DNA of 32,000 bases, taken from NCBI RefSeq assembly GCF_000092105.1, contig NC_014148.1, positions 3,240,001-3,272,000 on the forward strand. Reading direction: 5' to 3'. This document shows positions 25,948 through 32,000 of the stretch, in pieces. Each line of letters starts with the position of its first letter. Positions within the stretch are counted from its first letter, which is position 1. The notes below the pieces were generated by a model that had not been told where the DNA came from, did no database searches, and was given only the letters and a program-made list of their open reading frames with translations. Source of the stretch: Planctopirus limnophila DSM 3776 (GTDB lineage: Bacteria > Planctomycetota > Planctomycetia > Planctomycetales > Planctomycetaceae). A program made the position numbers and the translations under genes.

Positions 25948-28452
25948 TTATCGGGTCTGGTTTTTTTTTAGTTGCTCAGCAGGCAGACTGAAGAAGTTTC
26001 CGCCTCCACCGCCACCAAAGCCCTGCTGTCCACCCTGACCACCTTGTCCGCCTAAACCATTCTGCTGGCCACCGTTCTGCTGGCCATTGTTACCACCACC
26101 CAAACCACCGGCACCAAAGAACGATTGAATCGGGATCACCAGGTCAGCGACAGGATAAACTCGGGTGGAAAGTGCGGTTTCAGCATCGGTGAGCGTAGTG
26201 ATCTCCATCACTTCGTTACGAATCACATAAGTAAGCTGCAAAGGTTCCAGCATCAGTCGGAGTGCACTCCGCAAACTGACACCTGAAAGCTGCAGATTCA
26301 CTGGTTGATCGATTGCGATCCCCTCTTCCATGATCTTGGCTTCATTGATCCAGATCTCGATCTTATGGAGATCTTCGATGAAGTCCAGAGCGTCCTTCAG
26401 AGAGGTATCAATGAATTCCACTTCAGTGGGCTGATCCAACGCTGACAGAATCTTCTGCTCATTGGGGCTGTTCTGCCTCAGGTCAACCGACTGGTAACGC
26501 TTGCGTCGTTCGCTCAATGCCTTCCAGACTTCGGCCGGTGGGAAGACAATCGGAGGTTCATCCGGGAATGGCACGTGCGAGAGTTCAACCTGGTAAAGTG
26601 TTTCCAGGAACATATCCGCTCGGCGAGCCCGCAAACGGAACACCCGGCGTAACTGTGTGGCTGCTTCGGCATTGAACAGAGCCGCTGCGGCTGCACCACT
26701 ATTGGGTTCCAGATCGACCGCGACTCGGGCCACAGCCTCAGCTTCCGAGAAGGCGGCATCATCACCATGCCATCCCGCATTCATCAGAGCACGAATGCGG
26801 TCAATCAGATTCGCGAGGCGTTCATCATCCAGAACCGATTGTTCGACAAGACGCTGCTGAGCCTCAAGCTGGGCTGAGCGTTCCAGATTGCGAACGCGAT
26901 CCAGGTTTTCTTTTTCAATGCGATTTGTCGTGGCGAGAATTTCCGAGCCAAGGACTCGTTCGAGACGCACACGCTCTTCAGCATTAATATCAATCGCAGA
27001 CCGAACAGCGGTGAGTGATCGTTTGAGTTCATCGAGTGCCGCGCCAGAATCAACGGCTGAACGGGCAAACTGCACTGTCGAACTGACCTGCTGCCGTAAC
27101 TTCTCGGCTTGAACTCGAATCAGTTGTTCCCGCTCATCGAGCAGTGATGGCCCTTGGCCTGGAACAGTTCGTTCGACCATGGGTGCACTGGCTGCGGGTG
27201 CTTCCTGAGGAGCCGCGACCAGTCGTTCGATGGCAGCACTTTGAACGGAAAGGACTTTGGCCTGGGCAGCCAGTTGTGCGAGCACCTGACGATCACCTTC
27301 GCGTGACGCCTTTTCAGCCCGGGCTGCCAGTAATCGACTACCTTCTTCAAATTCACTGCTGGCCAGGCCCAAAGCTTCCAGGCCTGCTAATGAATTGGTG
27401 ATCCCTTTTTCCGAAATCACCTGTCGTACAAAGGCGGGCAGGAATGCCGCATGGGTAGAGGATGGAGCCAGGTTGAATTTCTCGATGACAGCCCGACCGG
27501 CGACTTCACCACGGATTGTCAGTTCTTCGCCATGAATTGTTCCACGGCCCAGATAAACAGTCTCGCGATCGGACCTGAGTGGCAGGCCACGGGCAGGAAT
27601 GAGTTCAAAAGCGGCATCACCCTCAACCTGAAACTCTTCCACTCGCAGGATGGGTGCGGTAATTGAGGCAGCGACTTGTGGGGCATCAGCCGCCGGTGTG
27701 GCTGAAGGCAGGCACCACAAGGCTCCACCCGTCTGCTGAGCGAGTGAACCAATTAATTTGCCGTTGAATTTAGGCCCGAGGACATAGCTGTGAACAGCGA
27801 CCTGCTGCTTTTCCAACTGGCTTAAAGTGGTCTGAAATCGTTCGATCGAAACATACTCGGCAGTGCTATGACCATCACCAACGTAAAGAATATGTCGAGG
27901 CCCTTTTTGGGTAAACCAGCCTGAAACTTCATCCAGAGCCGCTGGAAGATTGGTGGCTCCCAGAGGTGTTCTCATCTTCAACTGTTGAACAGCTGAAACG
28001 GCAGCCGGTGTCGTCGAGGATGCGAATTCCCCCATGAGGGATTCAACACCCACATCGACGGCAGCCACCCTGACTGTGACTTCTTGAGGAAGCGATTTGA
28101 GCAATTCGCTCACCAGTTCGAGGCTACCCTGACGATAGGCACCCACCTGGCTGGCGGAAGTATCGACCAGAACAATCAGTTCTTGCGGGCCCGCTACCGG
28201 AGCAAGATTTTTCCCTCGCAAGGCAATTGCCGAGTAAGTCGTCCCATCAGCATCTGCCTGCTGAAAGACCTGTGCGCGAACTCCCTGCTGGTCGCCAGCA
28301 GTCGTGGCGACTGGCCGGGAAATGCGGGCATTGGCAGCTCCAGCAGGGCTGGTGGCTTTCTCATCCGCCCACGAGAGAGGAATCGCTACCGAACCGCTGA
28401 GGAGTGTGCAGAGCACCAGTCGTGACCACTGACGCTGAGAGAGGAAATGCAT
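25948..28452 (-). CDS. Secreted vWA-domain protein with a long coiled-coil region, a C-terminal STN/secretin-N-like domain and a Gly/Gln-rich tail
   Basis: Signal peptide (LVLCTLLSGSVAIPLSWA-DE). The MIDAS motif LIVLVDTSASQ sits in a vWA-type fold context (LGATNLPAALDEV, ILYVGDGHS). About 300 aa of helical sequence follows. The segment VEFIDTSLKDALDFIEDLHKIEIWINE...VNLQLSGVSLRSALRLMLEPLQLTYVIRNEVMEITT resembles secretin N0/STN domains. The tail is GGLGGGNNGQQNGGQQNGLGGQGGQGGQQGFGGGGGG. Confidence 0.75.
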   Translation of the reverse strand: MHFLSQRQWSRLVLCTLLSGSVAIPLSWADEKATSPAGAANARISRPVATTAGDQQGVRAQVFQQADADGTTYSAIALRGKNLAPVAGPQELIVLVDTSASQVGAYRQGSLELVSELLKSLPQEVTVRVAAVDVGVESLMGEFASSTTPAAVSAVQQLKMRTPLGATNLPAALDEVSGWFTQKGPRHILYVGDGHSTAEYVSIERFQTTLSQLEKQQVAVHSYVLGPKFNGKLIGSLAQQTGGALWCLPSATPAADAPQVAASITAPILRVEEFQVEGDAAFELIPARGLPLRSDRETVYLGRGTIHGEELTIRGEVAGRAVIEKFNLAPSSTHAAFLPAFVRQVISEKGITNSLAGLEALGLASSEFEEGSRLLAARAEKASREGDRQVLAQLAAQAKVLSVQSAAIERLVAAPQEAPAASAPMVERTVPGQGPSLLDEREQLIRVQAEKLRQQVSSTVQFARSAVDSGAALDELKRSLTAVRSAIDINAEERVRLERVLGSEILATTNRIEKENLDRVRNLERSAQLEAQQRLVEQSVLDDERLANLIDRIRALMNAGWHGDDAAFSEAEAVARVAVDLEPNSGAAAAALFNAEAATQLRRVFRLRARRADMFLETLYQVELSHVPFPDEPPIVFPPAEVWKALSERRKRYQSVDLRQNSPNEQKILSALDQPTEVEFIDTSLKDALDFIEDLHKIEIWINEAKIMEEGIAIDQPVNLQLSGVSLRSALRLMLEPLQLTYVIRNEVMEITTLTDAETALSTRVYPVADLVIPIQSFFGAGGLGGGNNGQQNGGQQNGLGGQGGQGGQQGFGGGGGGNFFSLPAEQLKKNQTR

Positions 28453-28742
28453 GTTTGAGCTTTCCAGAACTTCTGGCCGAATCTTCGAGATGGGGCTGCT
28501 GAATCAACATTTCAACAGCAGACAGATTTCCTGATCCGCAAAGTTTACCGCCATGAACCAACACCTTTGAAGAAAAATCTTCTCGCTTCTCGGGTGCAAA
28601 TTGGCAAAAACCACACTTACCCGGCGCAATCCGTCTCATCGGTGGTCGTCGGGAAGATCGGCGAAGTCGCTCAATGACCGTGATTTCTGTTCTTCACAGG
28701 CGAATGAGTCTTGCAACCCGCATAACCCGAACATGATTTTAA

Positions 28743-28762
28743 AGGCCGCAAAACTGCGGCCT
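28743..28762 (-). terminator. Weak terminator-like hairpin after the 104-aa membrane protein gene
   Basis: The sequence is aggccgc-agtttt-gcggcct, followed by tttaaaa on the minus strand. It lies about 50 nt after the stop at 28813. Confidence 0.3.
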
Positions 28763-28812
28763 CTATGAGAATATACCCGCAAAAAAGCGAATGTTCGATT
28801 GAAACCTGATTC

Positions 28813-29127
28813 TTATCCAATCGCCTGCATTCCTAGAACGACCGCCCCTAAAATCCAGACGACCACGAGCAAGCTCTGCATCGTCGTGAGTTGGAACCGG
28901 CCGCGCAGATGCCGCACCTTTTCAAACTCAGTTCTGCCCCAGAAAATATAGAAAACCATCATGGCGAGCGGCACTACCATTAAACCGGCCCGCACCCATG
29001 GTCGATTTCCGCCAGGATCAACACCGCTGAAACGCAGCACAGTCAGAACGATTTGAAGTTCAAATAACGTCAAGAATGTCAGCACGCATGCCAGGGTGTA
29101 CGTCGAGACACTGGGTGGTTGAGACAT
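28813..29127 (-). CDS. Small integral membrane protein (3 predicted TM helices), unknown function
   Basis: 104-aa ORF with three hydrophobic stretches. AAGGAG lies 8 nt upstream of the ATG. Confidence 0.65.
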   Translation of the reverse strand: MSQPPSVSTYTLACVLTFLTLFELQIVLTVLRFSGVDPGGNRPWVRAGLMVVPLAMMVFYIFWGRTEFEKVRHLRGRFQLTTMQSLLVVVWILGAVVLGMQAIG

Positions 29128-29302
29128 CGTCGATGCTCCTTAAATTCTCCATCCCAGGAGATCGCAACCCAACCTGTATTGAGCTTTCAGCAAACGATCC
29201 CGCCCTACCGACGGAAATGTCGTGGCTGGTCTCAGTTTGCATGTGAACAGCACAACATTGACCTGGTCGGAAAGAGATGACCATTCCATCCGCGATCGAC
29301 GC

Positions 29303-29806
29303 TTAATTCTCCGGAGCTGCTTCTGCCGCCGCAGCCTTTCCGCTGGTGAGGCTGATCCGCTGTCCTTCGAGCTTTTTGAAGCGGGAAATCGGATACATGC
29401 GGATAACGCGGTTCTTGTACATCAAACGACCTTCCTCATCCTTCGTCAGATGAGTCGCAATTTCGTCTGTCGCATCGCCTGAATACAGAGCTGCAAACGT
29501 GTAAGGATCGACGCCTCGTCCTGATTCCAGATCGGAAACCACATCCAGCCCGCCGACAATCACACCATAAGGATTCAGAGATTTTGTCGCAGGAACATAT
29601 CGTTGCTCCTGCTTGAGCCCTTCCATCGCGGCCCGCAATGAATCATAAGCAACAACAATCTTCTTGACTGTGTCTTCTGAGGGAGCCTGAAACTGCTCAT
29701 CCTGAGCCGCGATTTGTGGCACCATGGCCTTCTGCCAGCTAACCCCTGCACCAAAAGCCAGAATCAGGCAGCTTACAGCACCAGCGAACTTCAATGATGG
29801 CGGCAT
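29303..29806 (-). CDS. Secreted hypothetical protein
   Basis: 167-aa ORF with a signal peptide (FAGAVSCLILAFGAGVSW). GAGGAA lies about 6 nt upstream of the ATG. No family recognised. Confidence 0.65.
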   Translation of the reverse strand: MPPSLKFAGAVSCLILAFGAGVSWQKAMVPQIAAQDEQFQAPSEDTVKKIVVAYDSLRAAMEGLKQEQRYVPATKSLNPYGVIVGGLDVVSDLESGRGVDPYTFAALYSGDATDEIATHLTKDEEGRLMYKNRVIRMYPISRFKKLEGQRISLTSGKAAAAEAAPEN

Positions 29807-30235
29807 CTACATTTCCTCAATTCAAATCCCACGGGCATATCGAATCAGCAATATACGGCCCAATCACATGGAAGTGTGATTGTTAAGGAGCACTTTCCAC
29901 ATTCGCGGAGTCAACTCGTCGGTCCGCACTCAATTTGCCGTTCGTGCCGACCGGAAGTCATCTCCTGTGTTAGGTCACACAAGACGGCTTCCCTGACAGC
30001 ATAATTGCTGCATCCCCCGGGGAAAAGTCCCTGTTTCTTCAGCACGCGGATTCAGGAATCACTTCGCCGGAAGGTATCCCGGGAAAATGCGCGTCATCAG
30101 GAGTGATTGAGACGAGAGATCGCGCTGGCATCGCGATGAAGAGGAATCTGAAAAACAAGGCCATCCACCTGGAAATCCGCATGCTCAAAGAGATTGTAAG
30201 CCATAACCCACAAACAAGTTAAGACCAGCCTCAAG

Positions 30236-30532
30236 TTAGACTGAAATTCGCCGCAAGTAGGAAATCAATTCGGCTGTCAGCTCCAGAATGTCATCCATCC
30301 GATTTTCCCGGCAGGCCGATTCCACCTGAGCAGCCAGCAGGCTCAACTCCGGGAATCCATAACCACCTCCAGCCCCTTTGAGCTGGTGCGCCTTCCGCTT
30401 CAGTTCATCGTGGGCTTTTTGCCCCAGCACCAGTTCCAGTTCAGAAATCCGCTCCGGCATCACTGCCACAAAATCAGCGATCAATTCTTCATAGTCGGGA
30501 TCAGAAGCATATTCAGAGCGAACGGGTTGCAT
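30236..30532 (-). CDS. Stand-alone Hpt (histidine phosphotransfer) domain protein
   Basis: The HQLKGAGGGYGFPEL motif is the HxxKG phosphoacceptor signature within a four-helix-type sequence. The ATG at 30532 has AGGA about 8 nt upstream. The ORF-track start at 30556 is a GTG. Confidence 0.75.
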   Translation of the reverse strand: MQPVRSEYASDPDYEELIADFVAVMPERISELELVLGQKAHDELKRKAHQLKGAGGGYGFPELSLLAAQVESACRENRMDDILELTAELISYLRRISV

Positions 30533-30601
30533 CAAACAATTCCTGGTTTCCAACACAGTTTCGGCTGGGTGGCTCGAAAGGAAGCGGCGTGGAAGCCTGT
30601 G

Positions 30602-30832
30602 TTAGGCGGCCTTTTCCTGCCAGCCATGATTTTGAACCTGGACCGCTTCACTCGGTACCTTGGGAAGCAAATCCGCCGGCAATTGCCAGACATCATCTGA
30701 ACGAGCATCCAGTCCTTCAGCAGCACGGAACCAGCCAGCCAGCTTGAGCAATACCAGCCCGGCGCCCAGCCCGGAAGCACACAGCAATAAAGCCGTGGCG
30801 TCATCACCGATCAAGTGCCTGAGAATTTCCAT
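30602..30832 (-). CDS. Possible small single-pass membrane protein (76 aa)
   Basis: The ATG is preceded by GAGGAAG about 4 nt upstream. There is one hydrophobic helix (ATALLLCASGLGAGLVLLKLAGWF). It lies 69 nt upstream of the Hpt gene start (ATG 30532) on the same strand. Competing overlapping ORFs exist. Confidence 0.4.
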   Translation of the reverse strand: MEILRHLIGDDATALLLCASGLGAGLVLLKLAGWFRAAEGLDARSDDVWQLPADLLPKVPSEAVQVQNHGWQEKAA

Positions 30833-31187
30833 GATCTTCCTCGCCAGGAGGGTGCAAATGTCTGGTGTTGCACAAATCTGACCGGCTCATGGGAGCTGAT
30901 CCTGCATTTGCCGCTTACCAGCGAAATGACTGACTTCGATGTCTGTTTTCCATCGACTTCTGCACTCCAGCGACTGCAATACAAAAACTTCATTCCTCAA
31001 GGATCAGGTGAACTCGCGCGTTAATCCCGGTGTATCCGCTCGGCTTGACGCCTCCACCGGCCTCAGGGATGCGAAAAATCGTCCTTGACCATTTCCATGG
31101 TTTTCTCGAAAACCCTGCTTGAGTTCATTCCCCGGATGCCTCAGGACATCCGCATGGCCATTTCACCAGAGGAGTACAGCGACCGTG

Positions 31188-32000
31188 ATGCCGCTGCTGC
31201 AGCGATACATCCTGGTCGATTTACTGAAGGTGTTCGCCGTCAGTGCTGCGGGCTTTACGCTTTTGCTCGTCTTTGCCGGGGTTTATGTTGAGGCCAAAGA
31301 ACATGGCCTGGGGCCTATGCAGATCCTGCAGATCCTCCCCTTCATCATCCCGACACTGCTCCCTTTCACAATTCCAACGGCACTGCTCCTGACGGTTTGC
31401 GTCGTTTACGGCCGATTATCGGGTGATCAGGAAATCATCGCTGCGAAAGCAGCCGGCATTCATATCATCTCCGTCCTCTGGCCGGCTTTTCTACTGGGTG
31501 TGGTTCTCAGCATCTTCACGCTCGTCATCACCGACCAGATGATTCCGTGGTCGATGAAGCGTATCCAGCGAACCATCGCAATGGCTGTCGAAGACATTTT
31601 TTTCGATGTCCTCAAAGCCCAGAACCAGTTGAATCTACGCGATCAAGGGCTCTCGATCACCGTCATGGATGTCCGCGACCGCACGCTTTACATGCCCACG
31701 TTCCGATACATGCGTGGCAATAAACCGGTCACTGTGCAGGCCAAAGAGGCCAGGCTCCGCTTTGATCTCGACCGTGATGTCGTTGTCATGGAATTCAAAG
31801 ATGGCTACATCAGCCTTCCGGATGATGCCAATACGCGTGTTCGCTTCCGCTATGATGCTCGCGAATTCCCCCTGCCCAACCGCAGTCAGAAGGCCAAATC
31901 CCGAGATATGACATCCCGGGAAATTCTGGCAGAAACGCGAGCGATGGCGACAGGCGATGCCACAGCCACCCGCCAACTGGCTATTGAGGCCGCTCTCATT
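31188..32000 (+). CDS. LptF/LptG (YjgP/YjgQ) family permease, 5' partial (continues beyond the window)
   Basis: This ORF is not in the ORF track because it has no stop in the window. My manual translation from the ATG at 31188 is open for all 271 codons. It reads MPLLQRYILVDLLKVFAVSAAGFTLLLVF...VVYGRLSGDQEIIAAKAAGIHI..., the typical LptF/G N-terminus and GRL..d.E..A..a.Gi motif. Confidence 0.8.
   Translation, partial: MPLLQRYILVDLLKVFAVSAAGFTLLLVFAGVYVEAKEHGLGPMQILQILPFIIPTLLPFTIPTALLLTVCVVYGRLSGDQEIIAAKAAGIHIISVLWPAFLLGVVLSIFTLVITDQMIPWSMKRIQRTIAMAVEDIFFDVLKAQNQLNLRDQGLSITVMDVRDRTLYMPTFRYMRGNKPVTVQAKEARLRFDLDRDVVVMEFKDGYISLPDDANTRVRFRYDAREFPLPNRSQKAKSRDMTSREILAETRAMATGDATATRQLAIEAALI

Noticed and set aside
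1-32000. A window-wide scan for CRISPR arrays, tRNA/rRNA genes, transposases, integrases and phage genes
   Set aside because: I saw no spaced repeat arrays, no tRNA T-loop/acceptor patterns in intergenic regions, and no ORF with recombinase or transposase motifs. The only tandem or direct repeats are the short ones listed as features.

Overview
This is a chromosomal segment that looks planctomycete-like. I infer this from a DUF1592/DUF1588-type cytochrome-c protein, a DUF1552 (HxxSH) protein, many Tat-signal or secreted hypotheticals, and a flagellar gene sitting alone. Most of the window is housekeeping: greA, a Gfo/Idh/MocA oxidoreductase, proS, proA, fliM, infC-rpmI-rplT-pheS, and an LptF/LptG-type permease that runs off the 3' end and is missing from the ORF track. 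The accessory or unclear parts are listed below.
- A parD/parE-like toxin-antitoxin pair sits 39 nt upstream of a membrane Ser/Thr kinase.
- A 928-aa DUF2339-like polytopic membrane protein.
- An orphan rtcB with a terminator on its 3' side, next to an AT-rich islet of two small divergent genes (one DUF4304-like, one acidic protein of unknown family).
- A two-gene minus-strand operon at 24506-28452: vWA + coiled coil + STN-like + Gly/Gln tail, then TPR-like + DUF2135-like + Gly tract + secretin-like strand motif. I consider this the best candidate for an undescribed system.
- A run of small membrane/secreted proteins plus a stand-alone Hpt protein.
I saw no rRNA, tRNA, CRISPR array, transposase or integrase. 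All family calls come from recognising motifs by eye in the supplied translations. No searches or computations were run, and the GC statements are hand counts of individual 60-nt lines.
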